A stretch of DNA of 63,620 nt, filler included, from Octopus bimaculoides (GCF_001194135.2; 6 parts of 6 records of this genome joined end to end with filler, not necessarily neighbours in it), one strand, 5' to 3'; shown: positions 25,652 through 38,888, numbered from the whole stretch's first letter. Notes: generated from the letters alone by a model not told the origin. Made by a program: numbers and translations.

Positions 25652-28600
25652 CAATTTTAATATGAGAACTATCCTTTATTAACCATCAGTTCGTAAAATG
25701 AACTGCAATTTTGCAGACGTTTTCCTCAAATCTTATGAGAAATATAGGAATCAACAATCCCAGAGCTTTTCGTTTTGTCGCCATCAAAAAGCAACTTTGT
25801 AATTTCTATTCCTAACTTTTCACGGCTCTATACAGTAACCTCATTATTGGTTCTTGAACAAAACAAAATAAAGTTCTACTTATTCTTACAACATAGAAAT
25901 AGGAATGTTGGAACTCGACGGCTAGAAATAGCAGCCAATTCACAGCCGAAATTTTATGTCACTCATTAAAGGGAGGACACGTTGTACATTGCAGTTGTAG
26001 ATACTCTGAAAAAGACAGGGTGGCCACAACTGGAACACTTTTTAACGTAGGTCTGCCTAAGTTATCTGATTTTACCTGGAGCTAAACAACGTCATGAAAT
26101 ACATAAAGTATATGAAGTTGGTGGAAAGAAGAACCGATTTATAAAGAAAGTTTACGTAGATCTAGCAGAGGTTTGTTTTCACACCTTTTAGAAATTATAC
26201 TGAAAATCTTAACCACGGAAATGTAATGTTTTTAACAAATATAGTTTGAGATGTCGGGGTGGAGAATCAATTCCAGCAAATATTTCTTCATTTGATTTAA
26301 TGTTGTTTATTATTTTGGTAACAAAAATTTGCGTTTACTATGTATGATTGATGAAAGAATTCGAAATACGAACGTGAAATAAGAAATTACCCAAAAATCT
26401 TAGTAACGCTAAGTTGTTGAAGTAGATTTAATAAGGTAAAACACACAAACCGCAAGCGAAGAGAGAAAAAACACAATGAATCGTCAATAGTCGAAGGGAG
26501 ACAATCGAGCTCACACTGCACTTTCAAAACTGTTATCAAATTATGGTTTCGAATTTTGGCACANNNNNNNNNNNNNNNNNNNNNNNNNNNNNNNNNNNNN
26601 NNNNNNNNNNNNNNNNNNNNNNNNNNNNNNNNNNNNNNNNNNNNNNNNNNNNNNNNNNNNNNNNNNNNNNNNNNNNNNNNNNNNNNNNNNNNNNNNNNNN
26701 NNNNNNNNNNNNNNNNNNNNNNNNNNNNNNNNNNNNNNNNNNNNNNNNNNNNNNNNNNNNNNNNNNNNNNNNNNNNNNNNNNNNNNNNNNNNNNNNNNNN
26801 NNNNNNNNNNNNNNNNNNNNNNNNNNNNNNNNNNNNNNNNNNNNNNNNNNNNNNNNNNNNNNNNNNNNNNNNNNNNNNNNNNNNNNNNNNNNNNNNNNNN
26901 NNNNNNNNNNNNNNNNNNNNNNNNNNNNNNNNNNNNNNNNNNNNNNNNNNNNNNNNNNNNNNNNNNNNNNNNNNNNNNNNNNNNNNNNNNNNNNNNNNNN
27001 NNNNNNNNNNNNNNNNNNNNNNNNNNNNNNNNNNNNNNNNNNNNNNNNNNNNNNNNNNNNNNNNNNNNNNNNNNNNNNNNNNNNNNNNNNNNNNNNNNNN
27101 NNNNNNNNNNNNNNNNNNNNNNNNNNNNNNNNNNNNNNNNNNNTTGCTATCGAGTAATTAGCGTGAGAGACAAATGAATATTTGATTGAAGCAGAAGGTC
27201 ACAAATTTATTAAGAACAGTGAGAATATGTCGTTCATCCCTTTATCTTTCAGTGGCTTTGAGTTATTTCTTGCTCCTAACCAGATTTCACAAATTGGTTT
27301 CTTTTTAACAATCACTCTATAACCTAAGTTTTAACGGTTGTAATCACTTTACTGTTATAAGGGGTTACAACGAAACTATAGCATTATGAAAAGCAGGATA
27401 ATTTCTAAAATTTGTGTGCTAGCGATCGTCTGAAACAGCATGAGTCCATAAGATTTAGTGTTCTCTAATAAAAACATGAACAAGTGGTTTAGGCTAGACT
27501 TTATATCAGAGAAGAAATGAAGCATGGAAAGAGATGCAACAAAATCCACTTTCTGGGCGGCTTGGAGCGGTGATATATCAATAATGTGTGAATATCAAAC
27601 GATATATATTTGCAATAAAACAAAAAATCTGATCATTATTAGAAAATAGTGTTAACGCGGTGAACTGGCAATCAGCACGTCGAGCAGAATGCTTAACACA
27701 TTTCGCTTGTCTTTACGTTCTAAGTTTGAATTCTGCCGAGGATGACTGCCTTTCATCCTTTCGAAGTTGATAAAACAATTACCAATTGAGCATTGAGGTC
27801 GATGTGATCGACTTTGACCCTTCGCTGAAATCGCTAGCCTTGTGCCAAAATTCGAAACCATAATTTGGCAACAGTTTTAAAAGCGCAGTGTGAACTCGAT
27901 TGTGTCCCTTCGACTACTGAATCACAACCTTTCAACAATTCCTTTCTGAATCTTAAGCTCCTCTTGTTTTTCTCCAGTCGCTAGTTTTTTAAATTTTTTT
28001 TTTAAATCTTACCTTATTAAATCGTTAGCTCTACTTGAACAACTTCGCGCTATGAATATTTTTGGGGTAATTTCTTATTTGACTTTTGCATTTCCAATTC
28101 TTTCACTAATCATACATTGTAACACAATTTTTATGTTACAAATATAATAAACAGCATTAAATCAAATGATTAAATATTTGTTGGAATGGATTCTCTACCT
28201 AACATTTCAAACTATATTTGCTAAATCATTAAATTTCTGTGGTTAAAATTTTCAGTATAATTTCTAAAAGGAGTGAAAACAAATCTCTGCTGGATCTACG
28301 CAAACATTCTTTATAAATCATTTCTTCTTCCCACCAACTTCATATAATACTTTATGTATTTCACGATGTTTAGCCCCAGATAAAATCTATTAACTTAGAC
28401 CTACATTGAAAAGTATTCCAGCCGTGGCCACCCTGTCTTTTTAGATTATCTACAACTGCAATGTACTCCCTTTAATGAGTGACATAACATTTCTAGCCGT
28501 CTAGTTCCAACATATAGACTTCCTTGTTGATTTCTATTTCCATGTTGTAAAAACGTGATGAGTTAGAAAGAGAAATTTAAAAGTTACATTTTGATGGTGA

Positions 28601-30050
28601 CAGAACAAAAAAGCCCTGGGACTGTTGATTCCTGTATTTCTTATTTTTATAACGTTTTGGGATTTGGTTTGCAAGATTCTTTACGAGTTCGTGTGTTGAA
28701 GCATATTCTGTCGTGTCTGGGGAGAGTCATTCTCTTTGAGCGCCTTATAATTTAAACACACTTACCGGTAAAATTTCCACATATTTCCTTCTTTATTTTT
28801 CTAAAATCTTCGTTGCGTCTTGCAACCTTTTCAATTTTGAAAAGGTTGCAAGACGTCACGAAAATTTTAGAAAATTAAAGAAGGAAATGAGTGGAAATTT
28901 TACCGGTGAGTGTGTTTAAATTATAAGGCGCTCAAAGAGAATGACTCTCCCCAGACACAACAGAATTATTTTTATAAGAGTTACTGAAAACGTCTGCTAA
29001 ATTGCAGTTCATGTTACGAATTGATGGTTAATAAATGATAGTTCTTATATCCTTGATACAACAAAACTGAACGAATCGCCATATATCTTATGGCAAAAGA
29101 TAAACGACCTCTCACGCGTGTAAAACATTTGCTTTCGAGTAATTATCGTGAGGAACAAATGAATATCTTGATTGAAGCAGGTCACAAATTTATTTAGAAC
29201 AGTGAGAGTATGTGACGTTCATCCCTTCAACTTTTAATGGTTTTGAGTAAATTTCTTGCTGGATTTCCCAAACTGGTTTCTTTTTAATAGCCACTAAGTT
29301 TTAACGGTTGTAACCATTTTACTGTTATAAGGGGTCACAACGAAGCTATAGCATTATGAAAAGCCGGATAGTCTCTAAAATTTGTGTGCTAGCGATCATC
29401 TGAAACAGCATGAATCCATAAGATTTAGTGTTCTCTAAAAAAACATGAACAAATGCTTTAGGCTAGACTTTATGTCAGAGAAGAAATGAAGCATGGAAAG
29501 TTAGATGCAACAAAATCCACTTTTTGAAAGGTTTGGAGTAGTGATTTATCAATAATGTGTGAATATCAAACGATTATATATTTGCAATAAAACAAAAATC
29601 TGATCATTATTAGAAAATGGTTAAAGCAGCGAACTGGCAATTAACACATCGGGCAAAATGCTTGACGCATTTCGCCTGTCTTTAAATTCTGTCGAGGATG
29701 ACTTTGCTTTTCATCCTTTCGGAGTCGAGAAAATAAGCAACAATTGAGTATTGGGCTCGATGTAATCGACTTGGACCCTTCGCCGAAATTGCTGGTCTTG
29801 TGCCAAAATTCGAAACCATAATTTGAAAACATTGTTTTAAAAGTGCAGGGTGAGATTGATTGTCTCCTTTCGACTGTGGGCGTGTAACCTTTGATCGATT
29901 CTTTTATGTGTCTTAAGCTCCTTTTATTTTTCTCTCTTCACTGGTGATTTTTAAAATTTTACCTATTTAAATCGTTAGTTCTACTTGAACAACTTAGCAT
30001 TAGTACGTCTTTTTTTCTAATTACCTATTTCACGTTCGTAGAATCGAATT
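25652..30050. repeat. Local segmental duplication of a roughly 2-kb unit: inverted copy (25652-26563), full copy (27145-29130), partial tandem copy (29130-30050)
   Basis: 27145-28090 aligns with 29130-30050; 27835-29050 is the reverse complement of 25652-26563. The copies share the same SINE insertions. Confidence 0.85.
28653..28965. mobile_element. Foldback Penelope-like element with hammerhead-like core and 12-bp TSD
   Basis: Inverted arms about 28837; TSD TTATTTTTATAA at 28641-28652 and 28966-28977; absent from the paralogous unit at about 25740. Confidence 0.8.
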
Positions 30051-30439
30051 TGTTTTAGTTTCAATTGCATTTCAACTCGATTAGTATGTCACGTGGACGC
30101 CCTGCTGCTCCTCGTTTTATTGTGAATCTCAACGAAATGCTTTCAAAGAAAGACCTGCAATTAGATTTAGCGACTATGCTTACCGTGGAGTGTTGAAGAA
30201 TTATCACATGTGCCCAGGGCGAAACTGTTCAAAATAAGTCCGACGTCTTCCTTCACCCTTTACTCGCTATTCGTAGTGTATACCACTTATAGTTATGAAA
30301 GGCTTTATTGAAATATACCTTTTGGATCACCATGATTTTACGAACGTGAAACAGAAAATTACTGACTTTTTTTAAAAACATTATCATTCCAATTCAACCT
30401 TCCAAGTTACGTATTCCTATATTCCGAACCAAAGATAAA

Positions 30440-32122
30440 TCACTCTGATCTCATAGGACAGAAGTGCCGAGGCTTGGTAGTGGGGAGGCCTAGAGCTTTC
30501 AAATCTAGATCTGTTATACATCTCCGGTAAAGATATATATTTATCACATTGTTATACAACACTTGCCTCAACAGGTTTTCGCAAGCGCAATTTATTGCCC
30601 AATGATTGAAGGGTATTCTTAAATGGGCTGGGAATGCCGCACTGGCATAGGCCATGGTTACGGTCTCACTTGGTTTGCCGAGTCTTCTGAAGCACAGCAT
30701 ACCTCCAAAGGTCTCGGTCACTTGTCATTGCCTCCGTGAGGCCCAACGTTCGAAGGTCATGCATCACTACCTCATCCCAGGTCTTCCTGGGTCTACCTCT
30801 TCCACAAGTTCCCTCTACTGCTAAGGTGTGACACTTTTTCACACAGCTGTCCTCATCCATACGCAACACATGACCATACCAACACAGTCGTCTCTCTTGC
30901 ACATCACATCTGATGCTTCTTATGTCCAATTTTTCTCTTAGGTCGCTTACACTCTGTCGTATGCACACTGACATTACACATCCAGTGGAGCATACTAGCT
31001 TCATTCCTTGCAAGCTTACGCATGTCCTCAGCAGTCGTAGCCCATGTTTCACTGCTATGTAGCATGGCTGTTCGCACACATGCGTCAAACAGTATACCTT
31101 TTACTCTGAGCGAGAGGCTCTTAGTCACCAGCAGAGGTAGGAACTCTCTGAACTTTGCCCAGGCTATTCTTATTCTAGCAGCTACACTTTCAGAGCATCC
31201 ACCCCCGCTACTGACCTGGTCACCTAGGTAACGAAAGCTATCAACTACTTGTAGATTTCCCCCCTGGAATGTGACGGAAGCTGCTTTCTGCACATTTTCA
31301 GTGTTTATTGCCCCTGAGCATTTGTCACACACAAAAACTATCTTCGCAGTCAGCCTTCCTTTGATATTGCTGCACCTCCTATGTGTCCATAGCTTACACC
31401 GGGTACATCTTATGGAGCTTTTAGCCACGCCTTTTCTACAGATCGAGCAGGGCCATCTACCTGAAGGGATTTGTGGTTTGTCTGTCTTCCTACTCATTAA
31501 GACTTTGGTTTTTGCTAGATTCACTCTAAAGCCCTTCGATTCTAGACCTTGCTTCCACACCTAAAACCTCTCTAGTTCAGCCAGTGACTCAGCCATTAGA
31601 GCAAAGTCATCAGCATAGAGAAGTTCCTAGGGGCATCCTGTCTTCAATTCCTCTGTTATTGCCTGGAGGACTATGATAAATAGGAGGGGGCTGAGGACTG
31701 AACCTTGGTGGATCCCTACCTCTACCCGGAATTCTTCATTGTACTCGTTGCCAACCTTCACCTTACTGACAACATCCCTGTACATGGTTTGTACAGCTCT
31801 CACTAACCACTCATCTATCCCTAGTTTCCGCATTGACCACCAGATAAGGGATCGGGGGCCCTATCAAAGGCTTTCAACATGTCAACGAAAGCCAGGTACA
31901 AAGGTTTATCTTTGGCTAGGTATTTCTCCTGCAGCTGTCTTACCAAAAATAAAGCATCAGTGGTGCTTCTCCTTGGCACAAACCCAAACTGCATCTCGTC
32001 TAGACTGACTGTCTCCCTAATTAGTTGGGCTATGACCCTCTCCATGACTTTCATTACCTGATCCAACAACTTGATACCTCTGTAATTATTCGTATCTAAT
32101 GCATCACCTTTACCTTTGTATA
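30440..32122 (-). mobile_element. 5'-truncated RTE-clade LINE pseudogene (RT with PHD-like insertion)
   Basis: KGKGDALDTNNYRGIKLL, QFGFVPRRSTTDA, LAFVD..KAFD, GIHQGSVLSPLLF, LYADD (about 31607-31621) and FRYLG. Contains an in-frame stop and frameshifts. Confidence 0.95.
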
Positions 32123-32510
32123 CTAAAAAATCGATAGATCTGCATTTGTGTCCGTCTACGTTCTGAGTTTGAATCCCGTCGAAAGTGAGTTTGCCTTTCA
32201 TCTTTTCGATAGAGATGTCAATAAAATAAAGTATCAGTCAAGTGCTGGAACCGATTTAATCGACTTATATTTGGCTTAGTTTAAAGGAAGCAGACAAATT
32301 GACTTGCTTTAGATTCAGCACCAAAAAGAAGTAGAAATGACAAGTTTTGTTCAGACATCGTATGGGACGAGGAGACAAACTGCTAACGAAAACAAGCAAA
32401 AGAATAATTCCTGATCAAAGGCATTCTAGCCGAGAACATCCTACTTTTTTGTTAAATTATCGTTTATATCGGATTACATTATCTAACAGCCTCCTTCATA
32501 AAAAGAACAA

Positions 32511-32785
32511 CCTTGCGAGTGGATTTGGTAGACGGAAACTGAAAGAATCCCGTCGTATATATGTATGTATGTGTGTGTATATGTTTGTGTGTCTGTGTTT
32601 GTTCTCCCAACATCGCTTGATATGCGATGCTGGTGTGTTTACATCCCCGTAACTTAGGGGTTCGGCACAAGAGACCGATAGAATAAGTACTAGGCTTACA
32701 AAGACTAAGTCCTGGGGTCGATTTGCTCGACTAAAGGCGGTGCTCCAGCATGAGCGCAGTGAAATGACTGAAACAAGTAAAAGAG
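32511..32785 (+). mobile_element. SINE family A, 3' two-thirds
   Basis: Matches 8620-8915. Confidence 0.8.
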
Positions 32786-34014
32786 ACTGTTGTCACGATA
32801 GTAACTCACGAAACTTTATATAACAGTCTACTATGAAAAGAAAGTACGTGCATGATTAACAAATATTTTTACCGGCAGCGTAGAGACGACAGAGACTCAG
32901 AATTCATAATATTACGTAATATGCTCCGCAACATTCAATTTATCCGGCTTTATCGTCAACAAGTCTGATGAGTTGCGAGTCGCGTAATATATATTATGTA
33001 ATATTATGGATGTTGTGCATACTGCATACCTGACTGTACTCTGCTTAGGTCACAGTAAAGACTATTAACAAAACAATTGTAATAATATTAGATAACTCAT
33101 TCGTCTGTTTTATCTCTCTCACACACACACAATTCTTAATTATCATGTATACAGTTGGTAAGCGCCTGCATTTCCTACATCAGTAGTCTTGTTCAAATTT
33201 GAGTGCCAGTCTTAGAACATAGATATCCACTAACCGTAACCCTAAAACTAACCCTAAAATCCTAACCCTAACACCCTAGTGAAGATCGTGCGGGTGTTAA
33301 TCTGAAAAATTACCGGAGTTTGTATTTTGTTAAATAAGGAATACATCGGCTCAGTATATACCACCGTTTGGGAATCGGCTTTGGTTTGTTTACCTCCCCG
33401 TAATTTAACGGGTTGGCAAAGAAAGATAAAGAAAGAAAGAACGTATAGAATAAGTACTAGCTTACGAGGGTCGATTCGTTCGACTAAACCCTCAAGGCGG
33501 TGCCCCCTGCGTGACTTCAGTTCAAGTGGAAAGATATTTGTTTTTGTTTTTTTGTGATAGATGTGTAATTGTAAAATGAATGGAGTGGACGAGGAATTAC
33601 AATAGGAATATATATTTTAGGAAATGTATGCAAAATAAATATGTATATAAAAAATACAACTTGGAATTCTGAAACGAATTAAAAGTACATCTCTAAAACT
33701 AATATCTAACTCGTTTGCTCGACTGTCTACGAAACTGATGTTCCTAGCTCCTAGATCGTTTACGAATCTACATTAAACCGACAGGAAGATGTGGGGTGTC
33801 CTGGATTAACCTCTGCTCATTTCTCAAATTATTAACAAGCAGACTTGTTTGAAGTCCCAGTTTGACACACTCCGAAGCACAGTTTAATATGCTGAGATTT
33901 CGGTCAACATTACAGAGTCACGGCTGGATTGCTGCGAAAAAGGTATTGTATTTTGATGTAAAGATCATTATATATATATATGTAGGTTGCCACGCTTACC
34001 TATATGTATATGTG

Positions 34015-34045
<31 letters not shown>

Positions 34046-34145
34046 ATGGAATAGTGGACCTCGAAGCACACAAAGCTATAAAGATTAACACGTAAATATT
34101 GGGCTCCGTGCACACGTTTGAGCGGAGGACGCTATGATGTATTAA

Positions 34146-34616
34146 GCATTTCCTAATCTTTTGAAGATTTACTTAACAATCTGCGCAATAGTCGCACCAG
34201 GTGAAAGAAGTTTTTCACAACTTAAGCTGACTAAAACACCTTCGCTCAAAAATTTTACATGAGAGAGTAAATAAGTTGGCGATGTTATCTATAGACAATG
34301 GCATTACAAAAAAGCCATTGACTTTGAAATGATTTTGAAAGACTTCTATAAAAAGTTAGAAAAATCTGTTTTTAGAAGGCCTATTCATAAACAGTATGTA
34401 AGTAATTATCTTGACTTGGAATAAAACATTAAAACTATGATAGGAGCTTTCAACTTTTAGTCTATCATTGTGGCTAAAGGTGGGGCCGTCAACGCTGTTT
34501 TGGCTGGGACCGACATACTACACGAAACATAAAACCTCAATTTCCAGCTTTTGTTGAGTAGAGGGCCCCACTGACAATTCTCTAATTGGACCCCACACTT
34601 CCTATCGCCGGCCCTG
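34146..34616 (+). mobile_element. hAT transposon 3' remnant (dimerisation domain and terminal GCCGGCCCTG)
   Basis: FPNLLKIYLTICAIVAPGERSFSQLKLTK...ERVNKLAMLSI matches the hAT C-terminal consensus; TIR-like end at 34607-34616. Confidence 0.75.
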
Positions 34617-34758
34617 CAACACACACGTGGACAAGAGATTACCAACAAGCTAACCTGTTATCTGCACGACCTCAGTCGGGGGGTGGGGTGGGGGTGCACA
34701 TTAGAAAATCGAATTTGTTCCATAAATGAAAATGGAATTTCTATTTAAATACACGAAG

Positions 34759-34950
34759 AGGCGGCGAGCTGGCGAAATGCTTTGCGTCATTTCATCCGTC
34801 TTTACGTAATGAGTTGAAATTTCGCGGAGGTCGACTTTGCATATCATCCTTTCAAAGTCGATAAAATAAGTACCAGTTAACCACCAGTGTCAATGTCATC
34901 GACTTACCCCCTCCCCTAAGCTTACTGGCTTTGTGCCAAAATCTGAAACC
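34759..34950 (+). mobile_element. SINE family B
   Basis: GGCGGCGAGCTGGCGAAATGC head and GTCGACTTTGC...GTCGATAAAATAAGTACCAG core. Confidence 0.8.
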
Positions 34951-36321
34951 AATTTAAATATATGTATTTTTCATGTTACATAAGCCTTTTACGTCTTAAA
35001 AATTCATTTCTCAGATGTGTGCTTATGTAAATGGTAGTTTATTGATGTTCTTGTCACATGTACTTACCATAATATTTTGCTCTGATCAAGCAAATTCATG
35101 GTCGATGACGTTCTAGCTATGACCATATCTTCGTTTTGCGGATCTAGAACTACATTGTCCGATGTGCCCTTTCATTTTTTCGTTTGTAAAACTCTTACCT
35201 GGGATACACTGTCAACTGTGTCTCGTACGAGGGGAGACAATTTCAAAGTTACAAGAAGACATGCAAAAGAAAATCAAATGAACAAAATACAACAGTCAAA
35301 AGTTAACAAAGGTGAATGGTTTAAAATGGAAGTCTTGCTCTATCATGGCATAGGTTTTTACTTTCAAAGACACTCCACCATGCGAAAAAAAAAAAAAAGC
35401 ACTAGATGTTATACTAAATTAAGTCTCAGTTTGTAAGACTCACTTAAGCATAACTGAAATTAGTTTAAACATGTTAGGTGAATACTGAAGTATAGTGTAG
35501 CTGCTGAAACTGAAATTATTTTAAAAATCTCTCCATTTGACAATATGTCCCATTGAGCTGCGGCAGAATGAATAAGAGATTAACACTGGAAATTAAGCTT
35601 TTGAAAAAATTTTCATTACTTAGTGAGAAGGAGAGGAGCATTCCGGACGACTTAATTCAGGTTTCCAACACTAGTAGAAACAAAAGGAGAGAGTTATCTT
35701 TAGACCAGGTATTTGGCCCTAATGCTTACAACAGAGTGAACTTTACTAAATGCATCCATGGGTCATGTGTTGCTGTTGAACTGTGTGCCAAATGAAGTCT
35801 ATTTCCCAACAACAGGGGAGGTCTTGCTATTCAGGTCTCATACAGTTTCAGTTTCTCAAATTTCACTTGAAAGGCTTTGGCTGACCTGAGTCTTGCAGAA
35901 GACACTTGTGCAAACTGCTGTGATGTGGGATTGAACCCCAAACCGCATAGTTGTAAAGTGGACTAACTACTAAAACTGCACAGCAGTGCCTACCCTAAAC
36001 ACTGACTTCTACTGTGCCCTAACATTGTAACATTTTCAAAAATAAAGATGTTATACAGAAATTCTGCCATTTGTCTAATAGCTATATATATAAAAGAGGT
36101 GAGTAAAATGAAAAGTTTTCCTACTGTTATGTTTCATGAAAAATATTTCTGTTATGCTCATATGGAAAATGGATATAAGACAGCCCAAATGCATTAGATA
36201 ATTAGGTTTTGTGAGTTACCAAGTGGAATTTATATAAGAATTTAATTAAATATTTATTGAAAATGACAAATGACAAAATGTAGTCTTTAACTCCAAACTT
36301 TATAAATGTTTACTTTTTTAG

Positions 36322-36468
36322 TTACCAGCTGTGTTGAATGCCTCTTCTGGTTGCCTGTCCAATTGGTGGGTTCACCATGTGCCACTTGACCCTGAATGGA
36401 AAGCTGGTGCTACAAAGGAACTAAAAGGAAAAGATCCAGAAGAAACTCTTATGTGGAGAACTCCTGAG
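36322..36468 (+). CDS. MMUT: Methylmalonyl-CoA mutase, coding exon
   Basis: ...HVPLDPEWKAGATKELKGKDPEETLMWRTPE matches human [29 protein letters not shown]. TTTAG acceptor (alternative CAG at 36328), GAG|GTAACT donor. The upstream start exon is not securely located. Confidence 0.92.
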
Positions 36469-37114
36469 GTAACTTTTTATTAGTTTTTTTTCTTGTATTT
36501 ATTTTCAATTTCATCATCATCATCATGTAATGTTCACCTTCCCATGTTTGAATGGATCAGATGGAATTGCAGTGGATTTTCTAAGGCCAGATGCCCTTTC
36601 TGTTGCCAGCCCTCACTTGTTTCCAGACTAGGTAATATTTCCCCATGGTCAGACATACTTTACATGGAAAGCCAAGAAATGAACACCATCGCTTGATATC
36701 AAGACAAGGGATTTATAATCTGCTTTTTTAAGCTTCTGTCTACTGCTCATAAGGCTTCACTTAGTCTGAGGCCTTTCGTAGAACACACTTGCCCAAGATG
36801 TTATGTAGTAGGACTAAATTGAAGACCATTATAGTTGGGAAGCAAGCTTGTCAATCACAAAGTTTAAATTTCATTATTAAAGAGTTACATTGAAATAAAA
36901 TTTCTTTCTAAGTAATCATACCCCATTATGTTTACATAAAAATTTACTTAAATTAACAACTGCCATTGTTTTATGATTAAAAGTAATAATAATGGTTTTT
37001 ATTTGTAATTCTTTCAGTGCAGGCCAAGTGATATTAGAATTTATTCCTTGTAAGAAGGTTGATGCAAGGCATTTATTTAAATCAGATCTCTAATTAGCAA
37101 ATATCCATCTGTAT

Positions 37115-37200
37115 CAGTGGTTCTCAACCAGGGTCTGCATGACCCCTGGGGGTGTATATAAGATTTTTAGTGGTTCATGCAAGCAAAATAGTAAATTGGG
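37115..37200 (+). mobile_element. hAT/Charlie-type terminal fragment in an MMUT intron
   Basis: Begins CAGTGGTTCTCAACC, a typical Charlie TIR. Confidence 0.5.
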
Positions 37201-37405
37201 TCAACCCCTAGATTTTAACTTTGAATATATATTTTTATTATTTTGTATTATGAATATTTAGTAATCTGTTTGTTACAATAATTTGCTATTTATATATGTT
37301 ATGTTTTCAGATCAAAAGTTGTACTTATATTTTTGTGTAAGTTATTGATAATCAAAAAAAAATTAGGATCACTCTTTTGTGTACTGTTTCATTTTTGCTA
37401 TTCAG

Positions 37406-37537
37406 GGTATAAATATCAAACCTGTGTACACAAGAGAAGATACTGAACATATCAAAGATGAAATTCCTGGCAAATATCCTTATACACGTGGACCTTACAC
37501 AACTATGTATACCTATAGACCTTGGACCATTCGTCAG
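37406..37537 (+). CDS. MMUT: MMUT coding exon
   Basis: [44 protein letters not shown]; TTCAG acceptor, CAG|GTAAAG donor, phase 0-0. Confidence 0.97.
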
Positions 37538-37695
37538 GTAAAGTGTCTTTTATTTAATGTATTGGTTTCAAACCAATGTTTGCATGAAATGATAAAAATA
37601 AAATAGATGTTATTGTTGATGATAGAATTATTAAAAAAAATTGTTTGAATTGTTTCTTAATGACTTAGAAAGTTTTATTCTTTATTTTTTAACAG

Positions 37696-37802
37696 TACGC
37701 TGGTTTTAGTACAGTTGAAGAAAGTAACAAGTTTTACAGATCAAACATTGCAGCTGGACAACAAGGATTAAGTGTTGCATTTGATCTACCAACACACAGA
37801 GG
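37696..37802 (+). CDS. MMUT: MMUT coding exon (later exons are missing beyond the scaffold end)
   Basis: [36 protein letters not shown]; AACAG acceptor, GG|GTTTGT donor. Confidence 0.97.
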
Positions 37803-38641
37803 GTTTGTATCCCTAATGTTTGGTCATTTTATCTGAAAACAAAGTTTTGTTGATATAGACAAAAAGGAAATATACTTCTAAAAGAAGTGGATATATTGTG
37901 GCCTCATTCCTAAAAAACAGAACTATTATGCTTGCAGCTCAGTTGGTTTGAGGTTAATCGGCTTAATGTATTTAGTGCATAAATATCTCAACTGGCACAA
38001 AGTCACACTCCCTCAGTACTACTCCCTTCTTTCCTCGGGGTTTCTTGTCTTGCAAGATATTTGCTGACCCTGTCTGTGCTGATACCATGTTAAAAGTACT
38101 GGCGCTGGAGCCATGTAAAAAGCACTGGTGATGGTACCATGTAAAAGCACTGGTGATGATGCTGCATATAAAGCATTATTTTGTAAAGTGGTTGGAAGGG
38201 CATCCAGCTGTAAAAACAATGTCAAAACAAATTATGGAAGCTGTCATACTGATTAACTCATGCATGGAAAAACGGATGTTATATGATGATGATGGTGATA
38301 TATATATATAAAGAATAAAAAGTTTAGGAAGGTATAACAATGCAATATAGAACAAAAAATGGACTGTATACCTGTTGTAACTTGGTAAACTGTAGTCCGA
38401 TGATATTTTTTGTTCTATATTGCATTGTTATACCTTCCTAAACTTTTTATTCTTTACAAATAATACACAATGCTTCAAGCAAACTACAATACTCTCCTAT
38501 ATATATATATATATATATATCATCATCATCATCATCATCGTTTAACGTCCGCTTTCCATGCTAGCATGGGTTGGACGATTTGACTGAGGACTGGTGAAAC
38601 CGGATGGCAACACCAGGCTCCAGTCCGATTTGGCAGAGTTT

Positions 38642-38741
38642 NNNNNNNNNNNNNNNNNNNNNNNNNNNNNNNNNNNNNNNNNNNNTTAATTAATTAANNN
38701 NNNNNNNNNNNNNNNNNNNNNNNNNNNNNNNNNNNNNNNNN
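38642..38741. other. Artificial scaffold-join spacer
   Basis: 44N-TTAATTAATTAA-44N. Confidence 0.95.
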
Positions 38742-38888
38742 CTGGAATATTCCTCTTCTAATGAGGATGGCTTTCGTTTTCACAAGTCCTTCTTTTGTTT
38801 CGAGCTGTAGCACTGTCTGCCATTTGTTCATTGAGTGCCTTATGTATTTTATAATAATTGGTGCCACCTTGTTTATGGCTAGCGTTTA

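Noticed and set aside
32960-33000. CTGATGAG hammerhead-like start in a palindromic AT-rich patch
   Set aside because: No GAAA follows the putative stem II.
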